Source: Lama glama
Taxonomy: Eukaryota
Length of the DNA stretch: 64,000 nt
NCBI GenBank assembly: GCA_028534125.1
Contig: CM052832.1
Location: forward strand, 23,252,001-23,316,000
Reading direction: 5' to 3'
In this document: piece after piece, positions 52,305-64,000 of the stretch
Numbering within the stretch: the stretch's first letter is position 1
Layout of the letters: the number at the start of each line of letters is the position of its first letter
The notes under the pieces: generated by a model
Told to the model about the DNA's origin: nothing
What the model saw: the letters and a program-made list of their open reading frames with translations, nothing else
The model's database searches: none
Program-made: the position numbers and the translations under genes

Positions 52305-53300
52305 TAAAGTTCCAACACATGTGACATGGATGAACCTTGAGCGCATTATGCTAAATGGAAGAAGCCAGACACAAAGGTGCAAATATTGGATAATTCCACT
52401 TATATGAGGAAACCAGAACAGGCAAATTCAGAGAGACTGAAAGTGGAAAAGAAGTGACCAGAGGTCAGGGGGAAGAGGGAGTGTCTATTCGGGAAAATTA
52501 AAAGTTTTAGAAATAGCGGTGATGTTGCACAACATGGTGAATGTACTTAATGGCACTGAATTGTTCACGTAAAAATAGTCGATTTTGCAGCTACTATGGA
52601 GAACAGTATGGAGAGTCCTTTAAAACCTAAAAACAGAATTACTATATGACCCAGCAATCCCATTCCTGGGCACAGATCTGGAAAAGATGAAAACTCTAAT
52701 TTGAAAAGATACATGCACCCCAGTGTTCATAGCAGCACTATTTACAATAGCAAAGACATGGAAGCAACCTAAGTGTCCACTGACAGACAACTGGTTAAAG
52801 AAGATATGGTATAAACATACAACAGAATATTACTCAGCCATAGAAAAGAATGAAATAATGCCATTTGCAGCAATGTAAATGGACCTAGAGATTATCATAC
52901 TAAGTGAAGTAAGCAGAGAAAGACAAAAATCATATGATATCACTTACATGTGGAATCTAAAAAAATGATGCAAATAAACTAATTTACAAAACAGAAATAG
53001 AGTCACAGACATAGAAAACAAACTTATGGTTACCAAAGGGGAAGGAGGAGGAGGGACAAATTAGGAATTTGAGTTAACAGATACACACTAACATCTGTAA
53101 AATAAACAACAAAGAGCTACCATATAGCACAAGGGACCAAAGTCAATATCTTGTAACAGCCTATAATGGAAAAGGATCTGAAAAAAACATGTATAACTGA
53201 ATCACTTTGCTCTATACCTAAAACATTGTAACTTCAATTAAAAAAAAGGGAAAACAGTCAATTTTATGTTTATGTAACCACAATTTTAAAACTATAACAA
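52305..53300 (+). mobile_element. Old L1MB-like 3' end with a younger L1 3' end nested at 52587-53250
   Basis: The inner L1 carries the ORF2 C-terminus and 3' UTR. Inner TSD AAAATAGTCGATTTT / AAAACAGTCAATTTT (52572-52586 and 53251-53265). Confidence 0.85.
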
Positions 53301-54775
53301 AAAATTTTTTGCAAAGGGAGACGACCTCACTCACCCCTCACTGAGACCAGTTTTAGTCCCAGAATTTCAGTGTCTGTCCATCCTCTCTGGTTCTGAACAC
53401 TTCTGTCAACCTAAGGAGGCCCGGCCCCAGGAGTGGCCTGTGGTGGCTCATAGAGGGGTTCAACAGTCTCCTGACTTGGTGCTCAGGTCAGAGATGCCAA
53501 GGGAGTTCAGGCACATCTCCTCCTCAAATTTTTCCTATTCTTTCCAGAAGTGAACCCCATTCTTGCTCCCATGCTCCCTCTATCCCAACCCTGAACCAAA
53601 CTCCCTATTCACTATTTTCAGGTAAGCCTTGCTGTGACCCAGGCAAATCCTTTCCAAACCCTGATGGATTTTACTGGGCCCTTGGGAGCTGGGGTGGGAT
53701 TCATGGAATAAAATATGGGAAAAAAAAAACTATGAAGTGGCATTTTCTCTCTTCCCTTCTTTCCCATGTGTTTAATATCTTTGTCACATAACATTTATTC
53801 ATTCGTTAGACATACTTCATTAATTCATATGCCATGCAACTGTGTTTAATGTAACAGTTTAGAGCACACGTCTGAAGATAAACTTCCATGCACTGGTGTG
53901 TGGCCCTGGGAAGTTCCCCCAATTCCCTGTGCCTCAGTTTCCTCATCCATAAAGTGGAGGTAATAGTGGTCCCCATGTCATCATGATGAAAATTAAATGT
54001 GTTACACATAAAAGGCTTAGAAAACACCCAGCATGGGTCGCACACTCGGAGTAAGATGCTGTTCCTGTTGTTCTTTGGATCAGTTTATCAGCCTCGATGT
54101 TCACTGCTCATGGCCCATAGGGGACACTTTTGTCCCATTAAAAGTAGAGGAATGGGGTGCAAGAAGATGACTTTACTTTTTGTAATTTGCTCTGCAGTCT
54201 TTTCATCACTGTTCCTTCCATAGCAGCCAAAACACCAGCCAGCCCTCTGGCACATGCTAATCCAGCCAAAGTTCTCCACCTCACTAGAATTCTCAAAAAA
54301 GATGCTTTAAAAAAAAAAAACTAGAATTGAAAACTGTAAGCAGAGGTGAGGAGCATGGAGAGACAGGGAGTTCCATGGGCATGTTTGAATCTCCCATCCA
54401 ATTACTCCTGCTCACCCCCACTTAGACTTCCCAAGTATGTGAGCCCCCAAATCCCGTTTTGCATAGGAAGTTTGAGTGGAGTTTCAGTCACCTGCAACTA
54501 AGAGAGTCTTAACCGATAATCTCAAAAACAATCTTGTTTGAAACAACAGTGGAGATATTGATGTCCATTTGATTTGCCTCTCCTTCCAGTGTTATTTTTG
54601 AGATTATTTTTAATGACAAGTAATAAAATTTGTTTTTGGATAAATGCCTGAGGAAATGGCTGCACTCCTTAAATCAATGCGGGTTTTCTAAAGAACAGCA
54701 AAAATGGGTTGAGAATGCACCATCTTGAACTCAGACTCAAGCCAGTGTGTCGTGAAAGAGCTGAGAGCTTTATCT

Positions 54776-54864
54776 CTTTTTTTTTTTTAATGGAGGTACC
54801 AGGGTTTGAACCCAGGACCTCGTGCATGCTAAGCATGCATCTACTACTGAGCTATATCCATCCC
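54776..54864 (-). mobile_element. Camelid tRNA-derived SINE (short form)
   Basis: Poly-T plus AATGGAGGTACCAGGGTTTGAACCCAGGACCTCGTGCATGCTAAGCATGC...CTGAGCTATA. Confidence 0.9.
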
Positions 54865-56640
54865 ACAAGAGCTCCACCATCTCTTGAAGGCACTTCTGCC
54901 ATCCCCCAACATGCATCCTCCCTTCGACCACACTGCACAAAGGACAGGGGGTTCATGCTCCCTCCATTCACGCCTTGTGTTCCCTTGAAAGATACTGGGC
55001 ATTGCGATATTGGTGAGGTCTGCTCCTGCCCACAGCCTGAACCCCTGGGGCTCCCATGGCACTCCTCCTAGCATTCATGATTTTATCATGGTTTGTTTCT
55101 CTGTTTTACCCACTAGTTCTGAAAATACTTGAAGGAAGACACTTTCACATTCATTTCACTGATCACAGCCACTAGCTCGAACTAGACACTCAGTACAGGG
55201 CTGATGAATGGATGGGAAGCAAGTTCCCGACACTGACCTCCACAGGCTTCTATGGTGGTCTCCTTGCAGACTTGATCGTTTGTTCACTCACCTGCCCAGG
55301 TTCCTCGGCATGAGACCCATCCTGACTCCTGGTCTCTGTCTTCACTGGTTCAGCCCCTGTGTCCTTCCCTCCCCTGCTCTGCCTGATGCTTCCAAGGCTC
55401 AGTTCAGACATTCTGAGTCACAAAGAAATTACCAAGAGACAGACATTCCCTTTGGGGTCTCCTTAATTTTGATTTCACCATCACAGATGGGGAGCTACGA
55501 AGTGTGAAGAAACTTTCAAGATCTGAAACGAACTATCATCTCAGAGTTACTAATTGTAAATGACTGTCCACTTGAAGCCTGAGCACAGAGACACAGCTGC
55601 AGACACATGGCACACAAACACAAGCACACAGATGCACACACAGACACACAGACATGCAAAAGACTACTGAACATGCTACCAACTGAGAAATGAGCTGAGT
55701 CACTTTCTTATGTCTATATAAGACAGGAGTTGTATAACCCCACCAACCAAATTAGTTTCCTTCCAACAGAGATGAATGTTGTTAACATTCCATTTTTCCA
55801 TATAAAAGTATACCCCATGCAACAACACATTTATTTTAGAAGTAGAACTCAGGAATGTCAGAGAATTCTTCGGGAGTTAAAAAAACTGTGTGGCAACCAC
55901 ATTCAATCAAACACCACATCCCTAAACAGTATGGGCCTCAACTACATGAGGGCAGATGGGGCTTACGTCTACCTGACAAATGTTCATCTCACGTGTTTTC
56001 ATAGCATCAGACATAGACTAATTAGATTTAAATTAAAATCTTAAGTGATTTTTGGCCTCTGTATATCTAGTCTGCATCCTATTAGGAAAGTCAATGAATA
56101 TAAACATTTGATCATCATCTTTGCTTCAAGGGAAGTTTGAGGTTGGGGAGCATTGCTTGTGTGAGTATTTTTTAGCAAGTGACAAAGAGCAATCTGTTTC
56201 TAACATAAAATAAGCCATTATATAGAACTTGATCAGGGCCCCCAAACAGGGAACCACCTACCTGCCCACTTTCTCCTGAATCAAGTTTTCACAGTGTCAG
56301 ACCTCACGACTGGAGTTGAAGGTAATTTCTAGACAGGACACGCCATATAGCGAATGTAAGTTTAAGATTAATCAACACTAAGCGTAAAAGTCAGGATAAG
56401 AGGATTTTAGACTTGAGAATGATTTAGTCTTTTAGCTCAGCCCCACCACTTTACCAGGAAACAGGCACAGAAAGATGGTAAGATCTGCCCAAAGTCAGAG
56501 ATGGGGCCAGAACCAGGGACTCCAGACCAGATGTCCAGTCAAACAGAACGTCCCCCAACCATTCATACTGCTTCCCTGGAGACGGGGGTACTTGCCCGAC
56601 AATCCATCCGTACTGAACACGTATCAGAAGAGCCATGGGA

Positions 56641-56800
56641 ACAGCAAGTTTATACTGTACAGCACTGGGAACTATATTCAATATCTCATAGTAACTTATG
56701 GTGAAAAAGAGTATGAAAACGAATATCTGTATGTTACTATGACTGAGGTATTGTGTTGTACACCAGAAATTGACACAATACTTTTAAAAATACATTTAAA
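56641..56800 (+). mobile_element. Short L1 3' tip
   Basis: TACTGTACAGCACTGGGAACTATATTCAATATCT...TGTACACCAGAAATTGACAC. Confidence 0.85.
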
Positions 56801-57205
56801 GAAGGAACAATGGGTATCACATGTATCTAAAACAGTATCATCAGGTTTCTCTCTAAAGAAGGACAATGTTATAATTGTTTTAATTAGCCGCACAACCCGC
56901 TCTTGTCCCAGCCCAACACCAAGAAAAAACAAAACCCCAAGTAGTGAGGGTAGATTGCAACCCAATCATTAACCTTAAGGCACTCCTGAAGATTTAAGAA
57001 AAAACAAAAAAGAAAAAAAGACATTCTAAAGAAAAACAAAAATACGATTATCATAACCTCCAGGAAAGGAGGGGAACACACACCAAAACATCTATGTTGA
57101 ATTAGATTATGTTGATATGGACTTACCTAAGGTTTATAAACCACTCACTACTGAAATTTGTAACAATCCAGTAGTTTCCTCGTAAAAATTCTTAATCGCA
57201 GTCTA

Positions 57206-57224
57206 AAGCGCCCTCTAGTGTTCT
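57206..57224 (-). promoter_or_regulatory. Candidate CTCF site
   Basis: The minus strand reads GAACACTAGAGGGCGCTTT, close to the CCACYAGRKGGCRS core, with its CpG retained in CpG-depleted DNA. Confidence 0.6.
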
Positions 57225-57261
57225 ATATGAAAACTTCTTTTAAGATAAGGTGCCACTCTTG

Positions 57262-57421
57262 TAGGGACCGTGGCTAGGACATTTTGCCTGGACAGTCCTG
57301 GTTTAGGCATATTGTCCTGCCATCTTGTTTGGATTAACATTGGCCTGGATATTTTCCCTTTACTGGAGAATTACTATTAACAGCTGCATTAAAATAAGCT
57401 GGGATTGATTTAGTAGCCCTA
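57262..57421. mobile_element. MER94/MER94B-like non-autonomous Blackjack hAT element
   Basis: TTTGCCTGGACAGTCCTGGTTTAGGCATATTGTCCTG...AATAAGCTGGGATTGATTTAGTAGCCCT, with AGGG...CCCT ends. Confidence 0.6.
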
Positions 57422-57488
57422 CGTCACTTTGTTATTTCCACACGCCCTCTATGGTCTTGTCCAGTTACAATCTAAGGCATGTGAGCAG

Positions 57489-57870
57489 TGCCATGAACTG
57501 AATGGTGTGCAACCCCAAAAGTCATGTGTTGAAGCCCCAATTCCCAATGTGAGGTGATTAGGTTTAGATGGGATCATGAGGGTGGGGCTCACGATGGAAG
57601 TAGCGCCCTTACAAGAAAAGGAAGAGATTAGTCAGTGTGTGTGTGTGTGTGTGTCTGTCTGTCTGTCTCCATCTCCATCTCTGTCTCTCTCTCTCTCTCT
57701 GTCTCTGCAAACACTGAGGACCTAACAAGAAGACAGCCACCTGCAAACCAAGAGGCAGGGCATCACCAGACACCAAATCTGCTGGCACCTGGATGAACTT
57801 CCAAGCTCCCACAACTGTTGAGAAATGTCTGTTTTGAAACTACTTTATGATAGCAGCCCCAGCTAAGACA
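57489..57870 (+). mobile_element. MaLR solo LTR (MLT1A-like) containing a (TG)n(TCTG)n(TC)n microsatellite at ~57635-57705
   Basis: TGCCATGAACTGAATG...AGCAGCCCCAGCTAAGACA, with 5-bp TSD AGCAG/AGCAA. Confidence 0.85.
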
Positions 57871-58208
57871 AGCAACGAACAGAGATGTCACTCTAACATG
57901 TGGTTAAATCTCCAAGATGACCAGAAATGACCCAATTTCCTCAATCCTTTCCAAACACAATGGAACTAACAGTTCCCTTTCAGAACAGCAGGACATTTGC
58001 TTACAAAAGGAAATACACTCAAACAGGAGCTGTCAGGAGCAGCTAAACCCTCCAGCCGCTGGTGGTGGTGAGAGAACACTCTGCTATCTGCTGCACTGCG
58101 CCCTCTGGATTTACCAGCCAGGTGTGCCAGTGCCATGCTCGGGCCAACTAGATACACAGAACTGTCAAGGCACAGCTGGTGTGGGCAGTGGGGAAAGTGG
58201 GAAATTGT

Positions 58209-61200
58209 AGGGTAGGCAGACATGAAATAGTTGCAGGGCAAAGAGACTGAGTGTCCTGCCTTGGTACATATAGAGAGCATTCTGGACACCTGCCATAAGG
58301 ATTTGGTCATTTTTCGTATGACATATGATGTGTATCTACAAGTATTAATGACATTGTTTGGTGTTGCTTTTTATTTTGCAACAAGCCTTTCAACAACAAC
58401 AAGCTAAAGAAATGGAAGCTTCTATTTAGTAAAATAGTAAAAGTGCTGAGTTTTCAATTCTCCAGTATGTTAATGATGAATGTCAAATTGCACAAAATCT
58501 CATCACTTGCCACCTCCCACAGCCATGAGGTACAAAGCGATATATAAATCACTGAGTGAAAACCCCAAAACACAAACCTGCTGAAGAAGCATTATAATGG
58601 GCATCAATAACTAGCAGCTGTTTTGAGAGCTCTGTACTTGTAGTTTGATTTATCACATGCAGCTGTAGCAGGTGCTTACATAACATTTAGACCCAGTGAT
58701 TGCTCTTCGAAACTGACTTTGCCAATTTTTTACTTCAAGTTTTTGCATTCATGCACAAAAAGTAAAGCAAAAGCTATAATGTGTCAGTAGTGAAAGCAGA
58801 AGCATTTTATAAACAATTCAATTTTGCTAATTTTATCTCAGTGTTATCAAAGCTTCACTCAGAAAGACTAATTTGTTCCAATAATAGTTTAATTTTTTTA
58901 TCTAATTCATGGAATCAAAGCTTTGGGAGGTGTAATCTGTTTTAAGATGAAACATCCGACATTATTATGAATCTTCCCGTAAACTTAGTTTAAAAACTGC
59001 AATGTTAAAAATATAAGTATTTCTTTTTGAATCAAAATATATTCTATTTTGATAATATAATTTTGGTGGACCACAATGCCTATGGTAAAAAAAAAACAAT
59101 ATTTTACTAAATTATCTAATTTAAAATTAAGACATGGAACAAAAATATAATTGGAATTGGTTACAGTGTAAATGTAAGTCATAATTTCATCCAAAGAAGT
59201 TGCATTATTGTATCAATTGAAATAGAAGCTCTAATTCGTCAAAATTTACAAAGTTTAAATATGCCAAGTAGTTAAACTACAAAATTTTTGTGATGAAGTG
59301 GATGTTGAGTTAAAAAAAAAAAAAACTTCAGCCTGGTAGTACCAAACTTTTCTCTTTGCTGCCCATCATCAATTGAAACTACTTAATAAATCAACCTGTG
59401 TCCTGCCAATAATACTGAACTTCTTGTAAATGAGTCCATTAGCTTTGGGGTGCATTTTGTTCAGTATCAGTTAGAAATTTTAATCAAGAATTCAAGGAGC
59501 TTTTCAAGCTTTTGGAGAATTACAATTATTGAAAACAACACTTGCAAAAAGGACACAAATGGGACCTAATTAAACTTGAAAGTTTGTGCACAGCAAAGGG
59601 AACCATCAACAAAATGAAAAGACAACCTGCTGGATGGGAGAAAATACTTGCAAGTGATATGATCATAAGGGGTTAATATCCAAAATACATAAACAGCTCA
59701 TACAACTTAATATCGAAACAACAACCCAATTTAAAAATGGGCAGAAGAAAGATATGAATAGACATTTTTCCAAAGAAGACATACAGTTAGCCAAATGAAA
59801 ATGAAATGATGCTCAACCCCTTAATCATCAGATAAACACAAATCAAAACCACAATGAGCTATCACCTCACACCTGTCAGAGTGGCTATCCTCAGCAAGAG
59901 CACAAGTAACAAATGATGAGGATGTAGGGGAAAGAGACCCCACGTACACTGTTAGCGGGAATGTACATCGGTGCAGCCACTGTGGAAAACAGCACAGAGG
60001 TTCCTCAAAAAACTAAAAACAGAACTACCACATGATCCAGCAATTCTACTCCTGGGCATTTATCCAGAGAAAATGAAAACAATACTTAAAAAAGATACAT
60101 GCACTCCAATATTCATAGAAGCATTATTTACAATTGTGAAGATAGGGAAACCTAAGTGTCCATCAACAGCTGAATGGAATACTATTCCCATCGAAAAATA
60201 ATGGAATTTTGCCATTTGCAACAACACGGATGGACCTGGAGGGTATCATGCTTAGGGAAGTTAAGTCAGACAGAGAAAGACAAACACTGTGTGATATCAC
60301 TTACATACAGAGTCCTAAAAAATAAAATGAATGAATGAATGAATATAAAACAGAAACAGAAGCATAGAGAATAAACTAGTGGTTACCAGTGGGGAGAGGG
60401 GTGGGGGAGGGACAAGATAGGGAGAAAGGATTAAGAGATACAAACTACTACATACGAAATAAATAAGCTGCAAGGATATACTGTACAGCACAGGGAATAT
60501 AGCCAATATTTTATAATAACTTTAAATGGAGTACAATCTATAAAAATTATGAATCACCGTGCTGTACACCTGAAACTAATACTATAAATCTACTATACCT
60601 CAATTTTTTTTAAAACTTGCAAAATAGGAAAACACTGAAATAGCCCAATTACATCCAAAAAAAAGTGAATAAATTAAATGATGAGCACTCAAATCATGTC
60701 CAAGATTTAATTTTGAAGTTCCATAATTACTCTTTGGAATAAATCTACTTGTGGAGAGTAACTTTAATAATGCCCATTGGAACAGAACAAAATTTAGAGG
60801 GCCCATGATTTGGAAGCATGACAGTTTGAGGAAACATAAGAATCATTAACTGAACATAATTTATTTGATGAACTTTGTCTTCTAGAAGTATTTCTCAAGG
60901 AAAGATATTCTGAATGAAGGCAAAAAGAAACAAACAGGTACAGCTAAATTTACACAATGGTATATGTCAAATATATTCAATTTTAAAAAAGGAAAAACAG
61001 TATCACGGATTATATTGTAGCCCATTCCTTACACATTTTAATACAAAAATATTACAATTGAGAATACTCTCCATTTAGCAGAATTTACTTAGTTTTCACT
61101 CAATAACTCAGTTTTTATTATGAGTTTCAAGAGAAAATATTACAGTTTACAGAGAAGAGTCAACTGAGGTGTCAACAATTTCAATTTTGTTAATATAAAG

Positions 61201-61680
61201 TACAACTTCAAGAATATTACAGACTATGAAAAATTTAAAAGAAAACGTCCATATTAGGAAAAAAAAGTAACTTCAAAAATCTCCAGTTATGTGATGTAAG
61301 AGTCAGCTATGACTGAAAGACTGGTTAAGTATATGAAAACGTAACAAAAATAATTCACTTAATTCCAAAATAATTCCATTTACTTTTAGTGTTCAAATAA
61401 GATATTATAAAGGTGTTTTTATCTTGCTTTAATGTACATTGCTATTTATTTTTATTTTTTGGAAGGAATTTCATTTTCAAAAGTTTCTAAATAAAAATTA
61501 TAGATTGACTGAAAAATTAATTACATGGATAGGCCCACAGAATACTTCTATTTAAAAGCCTTTTTATTTTTTGTTACTTTTTTGTTTTTATGTTAAAAAA
61601 ATTATATATAAAATATTTCATTTTTAGCACCGTATTTCATTTTTGAAAGTGTACTAGGTTGGACAATAAACCAACCTAAT
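58209..61680 (+). mobile_element. Near full-length Blackjack-family hAT transposon fossil, interrupted by an L1
   Basis: Decayed transposase motifs occur in order: H*VKTPKHKPAEEA (zinc-finger tail), FRPSDCSSKL...TKSKA, DETSDIIMN, and C-terminal TEKSQLRCQ. There is a MER94-type right end at ~61625-61680. The left boundary is approximate. Confidence 0.7.
59554..60614 (+). mobile_element. 5'-truncated L1 (ORF2 C-terminus plus 3' UTR), ~1.06 kb
   Basis: WDLIKL...[44 protein letters not shown](T)AGGA (59540-59553 and 60615-60629). Confidence 0.92.
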
Positions 61681-62325
61681 AATAGCTACCATTTACCAAA
61701 AGCGTTCTATGTATCAGGCACTGTGTTTGAATCACTTTATCAACTTAATCTTCATAAACGCCCTGAAGGGTAGGAATTGTTATCTTTGTCGTATTGGTCA
61801 CAGTGAGTGGCAGTGAGGACCTGCACCCAGGCTGCTCCCCGCCCTGGCCGGTACTCACCAGTCACCACATTCTGCTGCCTTTCTCCCTGTGTTGTAGGAC
61901 ACGCTTTTCACTCAACACAGACAGAATCTTGCAGTTAGTGCTCTTGAATCAGGTTCCATTATGACCTCTGACCCCATTACCCACATGGCCAAGGCCGTGT
62001 ACTTTCAGGACAGCTGGCACATAGAGGAGGCCAAATGATAGCCGCAAAGCCAAGCAATTCACTGCCCCCAGTTACACTGTCTTTCAAGGAGCAGGTGACT
62101 TCTGCATGTGTCCTCTCCAGTTCTGCAAAATCTTTTTTATTTTGCATTCAGTGGGATCCTAGAAACTTAAAGAGCAGACCATAATGGAGAGCTCTTACAC
62201 TGATGTGAATTAAATGGTATTTGACCTCAAACCTCACCTCACAAAAAATTACAAATTCTTTACAAGTCCCTGGCTATCCTATAATATAGAAGATGCTACA
62301 AAAAGCAATCATAAAAGTATAATGA

Positions 62326-62445
62326 CACAGAGAAAAAAAATGTGACAATGAGTGTGTATATGTCCATGTATGACTGAAAAATTGTGCTGAACACTGGAAT
62401 TTGACACATTGTAAAATGATTATAAATCAATAAAAAATGTTTTTA
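62326..62445 (+). mobile_element. Short L1 3' tip
   Basis: TGTATGACTGAAAAATTGTGCTGAACACTGGAATTTGACACATTGTAAA...CAATAAAAAA. TSD AAAAGTATAATGA (62313-62325 and 62446-62458). Confidence 0.88.
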
Positions 62446-62799
62446 AAAAGTATAATGATAAGTTTAGTCACTAAACTTAACATTTGGTATGCATTCTGTT
62501 CTGTCTAAAAATGTCACTGTTGAGACTGGAACTCTTAAAATATGATGAGGTTTAACCTAGGTACTTATTTTTCTGATGCTTTTATTGTAGTTTCATTGTT
62601 TCAGTCATGTTTCAGATGTACAAAAGCTGTCTCTTTAAAGGGAAAAATAACAAAGACATTATTTAGTAGACAATTAACAATATGTGCTACCAGATAATGA
62701 AAATATATAAAGTACCTGTTAAGTAGATTAAGCCAAGTGTGTTTATATCTATCTAGGATAATAGATTAAAATGTTGCCTAAAGGTAAGAGGTTTGTTTA

Positions 62800-63110
62800 A
62801 ATTAGGTATCCCCCAAAGTAGGGATTTGATTTGAGACAAAGATTTGATTGCAAATAGTTTATTAAGGAGGTACAGGGACTGCTGGTAGGGGGGCAGCAGG
62901 AAAGGAAGGATAGCTAATGAAGGCAGTGTAGTTAAGTCGTAACTTTGGAGACGAACTGGTCACCCCAAAGGGTGAGGGAGATGGAGTAATTATGCCCTAA
63001 CTCCAATCAGCCACCTATTGAGGGCTTCTGGGGGTTGGTGTTAATTCACAGTTGGAAGTATGAAGCAGTGAAGTGATCAAGTGGGCAGCACCCCCTACCT
63101 CCACAGTATC
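62800..63110 (-). mobile_element. Ancient MaLR/ERVL LTR fragment
   Basis: TGAGACAAAGATTTGATTGCAAATAGTTTATTAAGGAGG, an antisense LTR end. Confidence 0.5.
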
Positions 63111-64000
63111 TGCACACACTTTCAAGGGTAAAATACATTCTTACATCAAGTAATTATGCAAATATTAACATGCTAACTGCCTGCCCTTTCCCCACACCAA
63201 AACAGTCGAAATCTAGCAGTGATAGTATTTTTTAAATAATTATAGCCAAGGAAAATAGTTCTAACTTTAAACATTCTTTTCCAAACAAAAAAATTTCTAG
63301 AACATCAAATAACTGAATGTTATATGAAAAGGACAGAAATAAAGATTTAATTTAAACTTCCATTAGGCTTTGGGTTGCAAAATATGTTGAGAAAATCCAT
63401 GAAACTGGCCCTACAAAAATATAACAAGAATTTCTCAGGGCAATTCTATCCCAAAATAGTGTCAATAAATCATTTATGGATTGAGCTGGAGGTGAATACA
63501 AGCAACTAGAAATAGAATTCAGTTGTGTATTTCAGTACTTCAAAGAAGGGAAGGACTTGCCCATGGCCACCTAATCAATCCAAATGGTCTCCTTTTTAAA
63601 GAGAAAAATCAAAGTTTCTCATTTCCTTTGTTGGTTGGTTGGTTGGCTGGTAATTTACAGACTACCTGTGGTTCTCCAACACATACACATGTTGCAACAG
63701 TGTATCTACAGATATATTGATGTTGGATGTTGCATAGCACATATAGCACCACTTTTGCTATATATATGGCAGGATATGGTGGAATTTGTTTGCTTTGTTT
63801 GTTTGTTTTGGAAACATACTGATGTTACCTGAGTCTGCAAAGCCCTCACCATCTGTGGCAGCCCCAGGTTCAGGCAGATGAGCTGAGAGTTGCCCAAAGG
63901 AATGCAGTTTTCTCTAGGTATCAGATGGCAAGCCTATAGTCTGTTAAAGAATTTCTCACCTAGTTTTCACCTCTGCTTATCATTTACCAATTTTACATCT

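Noticed and set aside
56475..56972. 165-aa ORF (likewise 4919-5299, 49160-49597 and 54709-55071)
   Set aside because: These run through MIR, L1-tip or SINE sequence, with no protein-like features or splice context.
24853..61680. A 37-kb composite transposon bounded by inverted Blackjack ends
   Set aside because: Both outer ends are the same (right) end, no 8-bp TSD is visible, and the copies are highly diverged.

Overview
This is mammalian nuclear DNA, almost certainly from a camelid (alpaca, llama or camel). The evidence is six copies of a tRNA-derived Vic-1-type SINE and many short, recent L1 3' tips. The only recognisable gene is RNF144B (RBR E3 ligase, also called IBRDC2/p53RFP), on the minus strand. 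It has a CpG-island/TATA promoter at ~16.8-17.4 kb, a non-coding exon 1 (~17095-16816), an 11-kb intron 1, and exon 2 (5809-5609) encoding the first 55 residues ([16 protein letters not shown]...[26 protein letters not shown]). The remaining exons lie beyond the window start. The other ~46 kb is upstream intergenic sequence made of fossil repeats (L1, L2, MIR, MLT1, MER5, MER2/Tigger, Blackjack hAT). Nearly all ORFs in the supplied track are spurious. The most unusual observations are: (1) an ERV env/3'LTR plus host-flank cassette that appears to have been copied in by L1 machinery (13-bp TSD, A-tail); (2) a strong-Kozak uORF in frame with RNF144B; (3) apparent decay of the promoter p53 element; (4) a STAT/IRF/CEBP motif cluster in intron 1; (5) two long Blackjack transposase fossils plus a MER94-type element within 37 kb; and (6) several structurally odd L1 insertions. 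I did not find a convincing novel multi-gene system. Repeat subfamily names come from recognising consensus motifs by eye and need RepeatMasker/Dfam confirmation.
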